This document shows, piece after piece, positions 33,543 to 44,999 of a stretch of DNA of 64,000 nucleotides (within the stretch, counting starts at the first letter, position 1; every line of letters begins with the position of its first letter). The translations under genes and the position numbers were made by a program. The stretch comes from an uncultured Chloroflexia bacterium (GTDB lineage: Bacteria; Chloroflexota; UBA6077; JACCZL01), in contig CAVXYC010000020.1 of the NCBI GenBank assembly GCA_963765765.1, positions 416,001 through 480,000 on the forward strand. Reading direction: 5' to 3'. The notes under the pieces are model-generated. The model was not told the DNA's origin. It did no database searches and worked only from the letters and a program-made list of their open reading frames with translations.

Positions 33543-34682
33543 ATGCCGTACCGGATCATCCAACTCCTGGCTCCATTCCTGCATTGGCGGGGCCAAGCCC
33601 CAAATCCGCGGGCGGGCGGCTCCGCGCGTCGGTCTGCGAGCTGGGGCTGGATGCTCATTGTCGCCACATCCCTGGCGAGTGCGTGTGCAACCGCACCGCC
33701 GGCACCGACCCCTACGCCGGTTGTCATCGTCGTCACCGCCACACCGGCGCCAGCCACTATCGCCCCTCCCACTTCGGCCCCACCGACCCCAGGGCCTCCG
33801 ACGGCCGCCCCCATCGCCGGGAGTCCCGGTGCCAGCACGACCGGCGGTTTGGCAGACGGCGGAGATCAACGGCTGACGGTGGGCCGCGCTAACTTCTATC
33901 GCGGACTGGAGTTCACCGTGGAGGAGGCACGCACAGGCGCGACTATCGAGAATCAGCGAGCTGCCCGAGGCAAGACGCTGGTCGGCCTCCGTCTACGGGT
34001 GCACAATCCCAGTAATCAGCGCGTTCAATTCGCAAACGACCCGTTGACGAGTCTCCTTCGTTTGCAGCAGCCGAATGGCGCCAACCCCACGGCGGAGAAC
34101 GAGAATCCATTCATCCGCCCGATCCTGGAACCGCAGGCAACGATCGCGGGCTGGGCGTATTGGGAACTGGATCGTGCTGTGCCACTCGAGCCGCTCAAGC
34201 TCATGCTAGGCAAGAGCAGCGAGTCCACCGCAGTCATCTCCTTGAGCGGCCCGGAGGAGGTCATCGCGCCGCGAACGTTCGAGTACCTACGCAGTACGGA
34301 CGAGGTCCGGGGCCTGCTCTGGTCCTTGAGCGGTGGCACACTGCGGCTCGATTTACCCGGCCAGCAGGCCAATCCGGGCCAGGAGTTCATCGTGCTGAAA
34401 ATCCGCGCCACGAATCCCTCACCGGCCGAAGTGAATCTGCGAGATACAAGGTCCGTACCGCAAGATGGCCCTGGATACCTCCGCGTCGAGGCGGATAACG
34501 GCGTCCTCTTGCAGCCGAGCGCGGAGCTGGACGCGTTACCATCAAGGTTTCCGCCAAAGGCTGAGCAGGACTCGGTATATGCGTGGCAACTCCCGCGGGG
34601 CAGCCGGAATCCCAAGCTCGTCATCCTCTCGCCGGACGGCAGTCAGGCACGCCTGGAGATCGGCCTTCTTCCGCCCCCATGA
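33543..34682 (+). CDS. Lipoprotein with two Ig-like (DUF4352-like) domains
   Basis: Lipobox LASAC, Pro/Thr linker, repeated LxLRVxNPS motif. Confidence 0.7.
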   Translation: MPYRIIQLLAPFLHWRGQAPNPRAGGSARRSASWGWMLIVATSLASACATAPPAPTPTPVVIVVTATPAPATIAPPTSAPPTPGPPTAAPIAGSPGASTTGGLADGGDQRLTVGRANFYRGLEFTVEEARTGATIENQRAARGKTLVGLRLRVHNPSNQRVQFANDPLTSLLRLQQPNGANPTAENENPFIRPILEPQATIAGWAYWELDRAVPLEPLKLMLGKSSESTAVISLSGPEEVIAPRTFEYLRSTDEVRGLLWSLSGGTLRLDLPGQQANPGQEFIVLKIRATNPSPAEVNLRDTRSVPQDGPGYLRVEADNGVLLQPSAELDALPSRFPPKAEQDSVYAWQLPRGSRNPKLVILSPDGSQARLEIGLLPPP

Positions 34683-35006
34683 CCGAGCTCAAGCCAAGGA
34701 GCCGTCAACTGCCGCGCGGACGAGTTTAACAACGGAGCTTCTGACTGGCTTTTGAACGTGGCAGAGGCCACCAGAGTTAGAGCCTGTTTCGAAAACCGTG
34801 TTGCCGTTCCTCACAGGAGCTCGGCACGGGTCGGGCCTCGGGGCGTTCAGGGCCGGGGCATTTACTCCACGGTAGTGCGTAGGGAATGGTCCGCGTCCCT
34901 GTTGAAGAAGCGTACGGTGAAGTCGCAGACGTAGGCACCGGCACCGCTCGCTGATACACTGCCTTGACCGGGGTGGCACGCACAGCAGTTCCAGGAGGAC
35001 AGCATC

Positions 35007-35112
35007 ATGCCAACCTACATCAGCCTTGGCAATCTCACCGACCAGGGCATCCGAAATGTAAAGGAGGTCCGTACCCGCGCTCAACGCGCGGAAGCGACTC
35101 GAGTTGCGGAAT
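35007..35112 (+). pseudogene. Truncated GYD-domain protein
   Basis: AGGAGG RBS, MPTYISLGNLTDQGIRNVK; similarity ends at the ftsH 3' end. Confidence 0.65.
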
Positions 35113-37169
35113 CTAGATCGCGGGGACCGGCAATAGCCCGGCGGCCACGCCCGACGCCGAACCATTCGGGACTGGTTCAGGGACGCGTCGAAGTCCCGTG
35201 AGCTCAATGATCTCGCGCTCGTCCAGTGTCTCCCGATCCAGAAGTGCCTCGGCAATCACATCGAGAATGGGTCGATGGTGGCGCAATAGCCCCACGGCGT
35301 CGCCATAGTACTCGCTCAGCATACGGGCGACCTCAGCGTCAATGAGCGTAGCGGTGGCCTCGCTGTAGGGGCGGCTTATACCAGAGAATGACTCACCACC
35401 TCCGAGGAGCGGATTGCCCTCGGGCGCCAGCGCCACGGGGCCGATCTTCTCACTCATTCCCCAACGAGTCACCATTTGCCGCACGATGCTGGTGGCCTGG
35501 TGCATATCGTTCTCAGCCCCGGTAGTTCGGCTGCCAAAGACCACCTCCTCCGCGGCCCGGCCGCCCATCGCGCCCACGACTCGGGAACGGAGGTATTGCT
35601 CGTCATAGTTGTGGCGGTCATCAGTGGGTCGCTGGTACGTGACTCCCAGCGCCATTCCGTGCGGCACAATCGTCACCCGGTTCACCGGGACCGCCTCTGG
35701 CATCAGGAGCCCAAGCAGCGCGTGACCGCCCTCGTGGTAGGCCACGCGTTTACGCTCCTCGGCGCTCAATATCAGCGGACGTGCTGGCCCAAGAACGATC
35801 TTCTCGAGGGCATCTATGAAATCGATCTGGCGCACAGCGTCCATGCCGCGATGGGCAGCCAGGAGCGCGGCTTCATTCACGAGGTTTTTAAGGTCGGCGC
35901 CCACGAGTCCCGAGGTCGATGCCGCCAGATCATGTAGGTCGACCTCGGCGTCCAGCGGTACGGAGCGTGTGTGGACGCGCAGGATCGCTTCGCGGCCCAC
36001 TGTGTCCGGTGCCTGAATGGCGATACGCCGATCGAATCTGCCCGGTCTCAGGCGCCGGGTCCAGTACTTCCGGTCGATTCGTCGCAGCCAGGACGATAAC
36101 TCCGCCCTGGGTGCTGAAGCCATCCATCTCCGTCAGGATCTGGTTCAGCGTCTGTTCCTGCTCGCTGTTCCCGCCGCTGTAGATCGCCCCGCCCCGTGAG
36201 CGGCCGATGGCATCCAACTCATCGATAAAAATGATCACCGGAGCGGCAGCCTGGGCCTGTCGGAAAAGATCGCGGACGCGGCTCGCGCCGACACCTACGA
36301 TCATTTCCACGAATTCACTTGCGCCCATACTGAAAAACGGCACGGCGGCCTCGCCGGCTACGGCTCTGGCTAGCAGCGTCTTGCCCGTCCCGGGAGCGCC
36401 CACCAGCAGGACGCCTTTGGGTGCCGTGCCCCCCAAACGCGTGTATGACTTGGGGTCCTTCAAAAAGTCGACGATCTCGACCAGCTCCGCCTTCCCCTCG
36501 TCGATCCCGGCAACGTCATCGAAGGTGGCCTTGTTATCCCCGGGAGCCGTCTGGTCATACCGCTTCGCTCGACTCTTGCCCAGACCGAAGACACCGCCTC
36601 CAGCCGCGCCGGCGGCGCGACGGGAAAGCCAGATGAAGCCGCCAATCAGGAGGAGTGTGGGGCCGAAGCTGAACAGTAGTGTTGTGAGGGGATTCCGGGC
36701 TTCGTCAACCGGTTTCGCATTGATGACCACGGCGTGGTCGTTAAGCAGCGACTCCAATCCCCGGATCGGCAAACGCTGGCTGGACGGTGGAGAAGTCCGA
36801 GACCTGGATGGTCTTCTCGGCATCCGGCGGGTACGCCACCGGGGACCGGAACGACCCTTGAATCGTATCTGCTCGTGAGCGGATCTCCGTGACGTTGTCC
36901 AGGAGCACCTGTTGCTTGAAGAGCGTATAGGAGACCTCAACACGCTGTGGCTGGCCCGGGAATAAAAATGTAACGAAGACAAAGTTCGCCGCCAGCGTCA
37001 CCGCAAAAGTCAGCCACCACTGCCATCTCCACCGGAAGTGCCGAAGTGGATCCGGAACATCAGGGATCTTCTCTGGTGGCGTGTTACTGGCAGGAGGCGA
37101 TTCTCGCCGCGCCCCAGGGTTCGTCGGCGTCTCTATCTCCGCTCCGGATAACGGCGGTATGCGACTCAT
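35113..37169 (-). CDS. ftsH: ATP-dependent zinc metalloprotease FtsH paralog (frameshifts near 36760 and 36045)
   Basis: 2 TM segments, [46 protein letters not shown]. Confidence 0.9.
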
Positions 37170-37481
37170 GGAAAGCATCTCCCAGCGAGGCCGCGCCGCG
37201 CACATGCCTCCTGTCTCCGCTGCAGCAAGTCTCTACGACGCCACGGCAGGCTTCGCACGAGAATAGAATGTTAGCACAATGATAGCACATCGACAATTGA
37301 ATGTTAGTGATTCAGTAGCGCCATGTTACTATGTTGATAGCTCCCGTACGCGTGATCGGCCATTCCATAAGCCGACCAGGCGTTCGCGGAGTGAACACGA
37401 TCACGGCAACGTCCCTTGGCGAGTCGCGGGTTTGTGCGAGCGGTCGTGCCGCACGGCGCTCGGAAGGGCCAGGTGCGGGCG

Positions 37482-37811
37482 ATGTTTGATTTCCTCCTAC
37501 GTCTGACGTGCGAAAGCCGTCCGATGCCTTGCGTCATGCTCTAAGAGGCCGGCGATTTGCCGGACGGAATTGATATCGCATCGCTCGGCGTCGTAGAGTC
37601 GCGTGGCTCCTACGCGGGGCGGACCGTGACTTACTTCCGGGTTTTCGATCAGACGCGCGCCGCCGTCGAATACCCTGACGTATTCCACAAGCATCTGTTC
37701 CCGGGACACGCATACAGCAACTTGGATACGCATCCGCAGTTCGTGCTGCGCACCGGCATCCGCGAGCAGGACGGAGCGGTCGTCGTACACCAGCACAAGG
37801 CGACTAGTTAG
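37482..37811 (+). pseudogene. Conserved-looking hypothetical protein, disrupted 5' part
   Basis: MFDFL start, then frameshift/stop, then LGVVESRGSYAGRTVTYFRVFD. Confidence 0.45.
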
Positions 37812-38258
37812 ACACTACATGCGAGATGCGAGTTGGCAAGCGCAGGATCCGGTTCTTACTGCGGAACTTACTCCGCAGTACTCTCGCGACATTCCAACAG
37901 GGACGCCAGGCGGACGGCGGAATGAACTCCGCACCACGTGCGCCGACAGTTCTTCCCATCGCCGGCACAGCCGGCGACTAATTCACTCAGCTCAACTTGG
38001 GCGATCATCGCCGGGGCAGGCGATATAGAGCAGAAGCACTCGGTAGGACCACCGGGTGTTTCTGTCAATTACAGCCTGAAGTCTTTGGTGTCAGAAGACT
38101 TTAATCAGGTATGAAGATGCGGCCCCGGGCCTTACGCGCCTCTCATGAATACAAGGCCACTCGAATCGAGCATCGACGCTGTTGTTCATGGTATGTTGGT
38201 GCGCTCGAGCGCATGGAGTATCTCTCAGGATGATCAGAACTCAGCTTCTAATCTGGGC

Positions 38259-39108
38259 TTAGAACACTCGACGATATTGTCGTTGTCGTCGTCCGCTCAG
38301 CCCACGCCCGGGTGAAAGGCCAAGGGCGGCAGCGTGGCCGCCAGGGCCGCCAGTGGGCGAGCGAACCAACCGGCGCTCAGCATCAATCCATGGATCATTG
38401 CCTTCCTCCAAGTGCTCTTTAGCCTCGTTGTCCTCGTCATCCACAACGACCCGCACGGCGAAGCCGGTGGTCGTCCCGGTGCCCTCGTTCTTGACGACGA
38501 TAATGTCGTTGCGGCCAGCCCGCACCCATCCGCCGCCCGCTAGGCTTCGGCGACGAAGCCGGTGCAGGCGATGTAGGCGCCGGTGTACTGCTGGGCCCAG
38601 ATCGCGGTGTGCACCCCGGGCCGGGCCGCGGTGTGGGCCACCTCCGCCCACCGGTCGCTGGCAGACCTGGCCGTCCAGGATGTCGAGCGGCTGGCCGTCC
38701 GGGCCGAGCAAGAGGGCCGAGACCAGCTCCGGGGCGCGGTCGCTCGACGGGTTGCGCAGGCCGATGGTCACCGTCTCGCCGACCCGCGGGCGGTCGGCCG
38801 AGACGGCCGTCTCCCAGGGCCCGGCCAGCTCCGGGGCGTCGACGGGCCCAGAGCACACACGGGTATCCGGGTCGAACGCGGGCAGGTCCTGAGCCCCCGC
38901 GCCCGGAGTCGGCCGGGCCGCAAGTGTGCCCGCCAGCAGTGTTACCATCGCAATTCGCCACAACATTCGGGTTCGTCCAGGCTCCGACGATGGACAGCCG
39001 GCGCCCTCGCGCGCCGGGACGGACGCCCAGTAGCAGAGGCGCGGTCGGCAGGGCCGTCAGCGCGTGCCAGGCGCGAGCAGCTATCCGCGCGGATCGATTG
39101 GTCATCAC
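38259..39108 (-). pseudogene. Chimeric relics of CARDB-array paralogs
   Basis: Signal-peptide relics at ~39108 and ~38398, secreted domain from 38966, C-terminal CARDB fragment GRNDIIVVKNEG..VRVVVD. Confidence 0.6.
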
Positions 39109-39158
39109 GGTGTCCTCCTGTCACGGGCTCCCGGGCGGCGGCTCGGCCGCGCCCCGGC

Positions 39159-40539
39159 TCAGCCCTCGTCCCGGCAGCGCACGCTGGCCTGCAATTCGTT
39201 GTTGTCTTCCTTCGACTCGGCGACCGCCTCCTTCGCGTCCACCGTGGCCGTTAGCTCGCGCCGACCTCGCCGCAGCCGGACGTCGTCGAATGTGACCTCC
39301 GTCTCCTCACCGGCGGCGAGGCCGGTCACGGCCTTCTCCTTGACCTCATCGGCCTCGCCGTCGACGTCCACCCGCACCGCGAAGCCCGCAGCCGCCCCCG
39401 TGCCGCCGTTCCTGACCACCACGGTGAGGTCGTTCCTGCCGGGGTCGCAGGCGTTCCGTCCGCCCAGCTCCTCGCCTCTGACGCGGATGGCGGCTACCAC
39501 CAGGTCGGCCTGGCTGGCGCCGGCTCGGTGGGCCGGGGTCGGCGACGAGAGGGCTGACCGGCAAGCCGCCGATGTGGCTATCCGGCGCGACCCGGGCGGC
39601 CGCGTACGGCTGGGCGAACCAGTTATTGGTGTCGTTCTCCTCGAATATGCCCCGCGGCTCGTCCACGATCACCATCAGCGAGTGCTGGCCGATCGCGGGC
39701 AAGGAGGCGAGGACGCAGGGCTCGGCGTATTGGCCGGAGGCCAGGCCATTCACTTCCCGCGTTTGGATCGGCGGGCTGGTGCCGTCGAGGTAGAGCGCCA
39801 TCTGGAAGGGGGGCGCGTCCATCGCCCCACGGTTGAGCACTCGGACGCAGACCTGGTCCTGCGCGCCGCCCGCTCCCTCCGCGACCTTAATGGCCAGCGG
39901 ATCGAGGTCCGGCAGCGGGACCTGGCGGATCTGGTACTCGATGGAGACATCCCCGGGCCCGCCGGATCCATAGACGTTCCCGACATCCTTATTGAGCGTG
40001 GCCCGATCGGTGTGCATGCCGATGCCCCAGCCATTCTGCTCCGTCATGATCAGTTCGATGCGGCCGAGGAAATCGTCGAACACGAGATCCTGGTCGAAGC
40101 CGACAAACACGAGGCGATAGGCCTGACCCGGATATATGGGGATGCCGAACATCGGGGTGATGGACTCGTCAATGACCTTGTCGCGGGTCGATGGTATGGC
40201 CCGATCGAGCGTCACGGTCTCGCCGCTATCGGCGCCGAACTCGTTGAGCCCGAACTGGATGAGCTGCGTGCGGCAGGCGTGGTCCGAGGTGTCCGCCGGA
40301 CAGCCCGGGTTGACCTTGAGGAACCAGCCGTGGATCGTGATATCGCCCTCACTCTCCGGATCGTTATCGTTGAAGACAGTGATCTTGTTGATGACCACCA
40401 GCACCCGCGCGACCGAGTCATGGCGCGGGTCATGGTCAGCGCGCGCGGGGGCCACCGGGCCCGGCGCCGGCAGAAGCAGACCGGCGAGGGCGAGTGACAG
40501 CATGGCGCGTCGGACGGGCGCGAGCGTGCGGCGTGGCAT
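39159..40539 (-). CDS. Secreted C2-like + 2x CARDB protein, paralog D (frameshift near 39520)
   Basis: Signal ending PARA; NDND..EGD and DQD..DDFLG loops; PDL..NRG..VD..EENDTNN; ESKEDNN. Confidence 0.8.
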
Positions 40540-40566
40540 GGGGTGTTTGTCCTTTCTCACAGTCGG

Positions 40567-41949
40567 CTAGCGCGCAACGCAGTCCAGCTCGACATCTCGG
40601 GCGTTGTTGGCCTCGTCGCCTTCTTTGACCGTGTTGTCCGGGTCGGCGACAACCCGCGCGCTGCGCTCGCCCTCGAAGAAGGGCACGTTGTGGATCTCCA
40701 CCCGCCGCTCCGCCCCGCCGGCCAGAGCGCCGACGCTCGCCCGATCGCGCCGCTGGCCGCCCACGGCCAGCTCGACGGCGAAGGGGCCGGCCTCGGTGCC
40801 GCCAGCGTTCCGGATCGTCGCGGCGACGGTGTTGCGACCCCGGATCACGCAGCGCCCGCCGTCGGCGTGGCGGACCTCGACCGCGCCCACGCGCAGGTCG
40901 GGGGCCGCCGCGTCGACCAGCACCGGCAGCGAGCCGGCCGGGACGGCGGGCCGGGTGGGGCCGGGACGGCCGGACCGGCCAGTAGCCGGTCCCCTCGATC
41001 GGGTCGCACCCGGGCGCCGGGTCGGGGGTGATCGCCGGGTCGTCGGAGACGAGGACCGGGCGGTCCTGGAGCCCGGGCCGCGCGAACGGGCCGGGGTAGG
41101 CCTCCTCGCGGCGGTTGTTGTGCTCGTCCAACTCCGGACGGCGCGCTCCTCGTCCACCACCAGCGCCAGGCGGTGCTGCCCGGTGGTCGGCAACGGGATG
41201 GCCGTGCAGACCCCGTTGGTCTCCCCGGGGGCCAACTCGAACCCGGGCGTGTTGCCGCCCGGCGCCGGGGCGCCGTCGACGTGGAGCGTCATCCGGTACG
41301 GCCCGGAGGGCGCCGGGCCGCGTTCACAGCGGCCAGGCAGACGTCGCCGGTGTCGGCGTGCACCCGGATATCGGTTGGGCGCAGGTCCGGGAGCGGGGCG
41401 CGGCGGATCTCGTACTCGACGGAGAAGTCCCCGCGCGAGCCATTGGAGAACCGGGCCCGCTCGGTGTAGGAGCCCAGTGGACCCCAGCCGTTCTGCTCGT
41501 TCAGCACCCAGCGGAGCTCCCCGAGGTAGTCGTCGGGGGTGTAGCAGAGCGTACCGATGCTGTCACACCACGCGTCGTCCCATTCCCGCCCGACGATCCT
41601 GATCTCGTAGTCCCGGCCCGCGAGGACGGGGAAGCCCAGCCCCGTCTCCGGGAAGGCCCGATTCACGTGCTCGGTCTCGCCACCACTCGCGTCGAACCGA
41701 AACTCCTCGCTGGCCTGGGGGGCGTCGAGCCAGATGCTGATGTCGCCGCCGAACCACCAGTCCGAGTCGTCGTGGATCCTGAAGCTCTTAATCACGAATT
41801 CCAGCCGCGCCTCCGGGTCGTGGGCCGGCTCGGTGGTCCGCCCGGGCCGGGGCCGCCGGGCCGGGCGCCCAAGGCAGTAGCGCGGCCGCCAGACCCAGGG
41901 CCGTCAACGCGCGAGCGAACCACCCAGCTCTCAGCATGGACCTATCCAT
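40567..41949 (-). CDS. Secreted C2-like + 2x CARDB protein, paralog C (several indels)
   Basis: MDRSMLRAGW..PARA signal; IHDDSD, PDDYLG, PDLRP, DEHNN, EGDEANN. Confidence 0.78.
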
Positions 41950-41965
41950 CGTTGCCTCCATCCAG

Positions 41966-43299
41966 TCAGGCTCTCTCGAGGAGGCGTGGCTCGCCGCTGC
42001 TTCCGCCCGCGCGGCAGTTGACCGTGACCTTGACCTCGTTGTTGCCCTTGTCCGCCTCGGCGATCGCCTTCCCGGCATCCACCGTGGCCTCGATCTCCCG
42101 CAGTCCCTGTCTCAAACGGACGCCCTGGAATCGCACCTCCGTCTCTTTCCGGCGTCAGCCCGGCCACGGTCTCCTCTCTCGCCTCTTCGTCCTCGCCGTC
42201 GACGATGACCCGCACGACGAAGCTCGTGCTCGTGCCGCCGCCCTCGTTCTTGACGACGACGGCGATGTCATTGCGGCCCGTCCGGCACCCGTCGGCCCCG
42301 CCCGGCTCGGTGCTGCGTACGAGGACGCCCCGCGCCCACAGGTCCGGCCGTGTCGGGACGGGTGTCGGCGTTGGGCCGGGGGCGACGGCCGGCCGGGGGA
42401 TGTAGATGTCCTCAAGGCTGTTGTTGGCCTCGTTGTACTCGACCACCTCCCGCCGCTCGTCCACGATTGCCGTGAGCACCCATGTGTCGCTCTCGGGCAG
42501 GTCGGTGCGGATGCAGATGTCGGCCGCCTCCCCCGAAGGGATGCCGCCCGAGTAGAAGTTGCCGTTGCGCGGGACGTCGTCGCCGACCTTGAGCTGCATC
42601 CAGAAGTTGCCCGACTCCCCCGACCCCCGGTTGACTACGCCGATGCACACCACGTCGTCCGGGCCGCCCGGCTCGTTCATCACCCTGATCCTCGTCGGGT
42701 TCAAGTCCGGCACCGGGGCGTAGCGGATCTCGAAGGTGAGCGCATAGTCTCCCAGGCGATCAAAATTGCCCTGGTCGTTATTGAAGTGGCTCCGCACGGT
42801 GTGGGTGCCGACGCCCCAGCCTTCCCGCCCCGCGAAAAGCGTTCGGGTCACGCCCAGATAGTCGGTACCGCTCATGAGCGCTGAGTCCCTCTCTTCAATG
42901 AAGGAGGACATGCCCAGCGTCTCGCCGGCGTACACCGGGAAGCCCGTCGCCTGTGACGCGTCGTGGCCTGAGCTCACGAGGTGGTTGGGGAGAGCGAGTC
43001 GATCCAGCGGGACGGTGTTCCCGCCGCTGCCGCTGAACGAGTGCCGGAGCACGCCGAGCCGGGAAGGTAAGGTTCAAGTGCAGCTCGCCTGCGCCCAGGA
43101 ACCAGCCCGGGTCGTGGTCGTCGTAGATGTAGACCTCCTTCAGAAAGAGCTGGAGCCGCGCCACCGGTTCGTGGCCGGCCTCGTGCTCGGCGCGCGCGGG
43201 CGGGGGGATGGTCGCCCAAGGCAGCAGCGTGGCTACCAGGGCCAGGGCCGCCAGTGAGCGGCCAGCCCGGCCGGCTTTCAGCGCGGATTGGTCATGCAT
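41966..43299 (-). CDS. Secreted C2-like + 2x CARDB protein, paralog B (indels near 43060 and 42150)
   Basis: Signal ending PARA; IYDDHD, TDYLG, PDLNP, EYNEANN, EADKGNN. Confidence 0.78.
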
Positions 43300-43361
43300 C
43301 GTGTCTTCCTCCCATCTGACTACTGCAGAGCGGCAGGGTGATCGACTGCCAGTCCGGCTTC

Positions 43362-44794
43362 CTAGTCACGACAGTTCACCGTAAGCTTGAGCTCGTTGTT
43401 GTCCTCGTCCGTCTCGGCGATGGCCTTCCCGGCGTCCACCGTCGCGGCGACCGAGCGCATACCCTGCTTCAGGCGAACGTCCTCAAACCTAACATCCATC
43501 TCTTTGCCCGCTTCCAGGGCGGACACGGACTTCTCCTTGGCCTCTTCGTCCTCGCCATCGATGATAATGCGCACCGCGAAGCCGCCGGCCACCGCCGTGC
43601 CGTCGTTCTTGACCACCGCGGTGACATCGTTCCGGCCCAGCTCGCAGCCGCCGGCGCCACCCGGCGCCCCGCCTCGCACCTGGATCCCTTGGCCGTGAGA
43701 TCGGCGCGCGCCGGGACGCCCGGTCCGGCTTGAGCGGGCGCGGCCGAACCGGGGTCAGCGGCCGACTCGAAGACGGGCAGGCCGCCCGCTTGCCCGCCAA
43801 CCACGGCCAGGCGCGGAGCATACCCGTCGACGTAGACGTTGTTGGTCTCGCTCTGCTCGTTCACGACGCGCCGATCGTCCACCACCACCGAGAGCTGATG
43901 CACTCCCGACTGTGGCAGCGCCGTCTGGACGCATAGCTCCCCGTGCTCGCCCGAACCCAGGCGGCCGGCTTCCGCCCGCCCGAGCGGCTCCAGGACGCGG
44001 TCCAGCCGCAGGAGCACATCGAACGCGCCGGCGTCAACCGGGCCGATGTTCTGCACCGCCATGCACACCAGCTTGTCGGTGCTCCCCGGGGCGTCGAGGA
44101 TTGAAATGTTGGACGGGCGCAAGTCCGGCAGTGGCACCAGGCGTACCTCGTATTCGACCGAGAAGTTCGCCTGATCGCACCCCGTCGATTGCAGCCGCTT
44201 ACAGAAGCCAGAGGCGAGGCTGTCGTAGTCCCGCCAGCCGCGCCGCGTGAACGTCCCGACGCCCCAGCTCGTCCCCTCCGACACGTAGCCGTAGAGGTCG
44301 CCCATCTCGTCGTCGAAGGCTGGATCCTCTTCGGTCGCCTTGATCATCCAGCCGTAGCTGCGCCCGGCGTGCAGCGGGATGCCGAGTGTCGCGCTGATCG
44401 ACTCATCCCTGACCACGTCCGTCGTGGACGGCAGCACCCAGTCCACCGTCGGCGCGTCGCCGCCGCTTGCGAGAATCTGAACGCTCCCGCTCCTGACGAG
44501 GGTGGTCCGCGGAGAGCAGTGGTCGACATCGGTGCTCCCCTCCCCGCACGCCCAGAATTCCGCGGTGAAGAGCATCTCGCCCTCGCCCCAGTCGGAGTCG
44601 TCGTGGATGATGAGCTTCTTGATGACGAGCTGCAGCCGCGCGTCAGGATCGCGGTGGTCGCGCACGATTGGCTCGTCCGCGCGCGCCGGAATTGCGGGCG
44701 CGGCCGCCCCAGGCAGCAGCAGGCCCGCGAGTGCGAGCGCGAAAATCAGGCGTCGAACGGACTGCAATATCCGTGTGCGCGTTCGGCGTGGCAT
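43362..44794 (-). CDS. Secreted C2-like + 2x CARDB protein, paralog A (frameshift near 43685)
   Basis: Signal ending PARA; IHDDSD, EEDPAFDDEMG, PDLRP, EQSETNN, ETDEDNN. Confidence 0.8.
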
Positions 44795-44999
44795 GTCGGG
44801 CTCCTCCGGTTCGTTCTGGACTCGCCCACAGTCTGCGGCGCGGGCGGCTGCGCCACCACCGACACTCGTACAGTTGCCTCACACACTTCCGGGCACAGCC
44901 TCTAGCCATCCCTGGATGACGGTGCTACCATGCCCGCGACCGCCCCTCGACGGCGGAGCGGACTCCAGGGCATGCCGTGCCCACGTGGCGAATATCGAG

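Noticed and set aside
34880-34990. ClpX-type zinc-finger relic on minus strand (GAGAYVCDF)
   Set aside because: Too short and degenerate to support
37270-37310. CIRCE (HrcA) operator upstream of ftsH
   Set aside because: Several mismatches to TTAGCACTC-N9-GAGTGCTAA and spacing off by one
39064-42884. Long plus-strand ORFs (477, 332, 589 aa) over the CARDB array
   Set aside because: Antisense shadows of high-GC coding sequence; Arg/Pro/Gly-rich with no motifs
38259-44794. Diversity-generating retroelement or shufflon driving the array
   Set aside because: No reverse transcriptase, no near-identical TR/VR pair differing at adenines, and no adjacent invertase or inverted crossover sites
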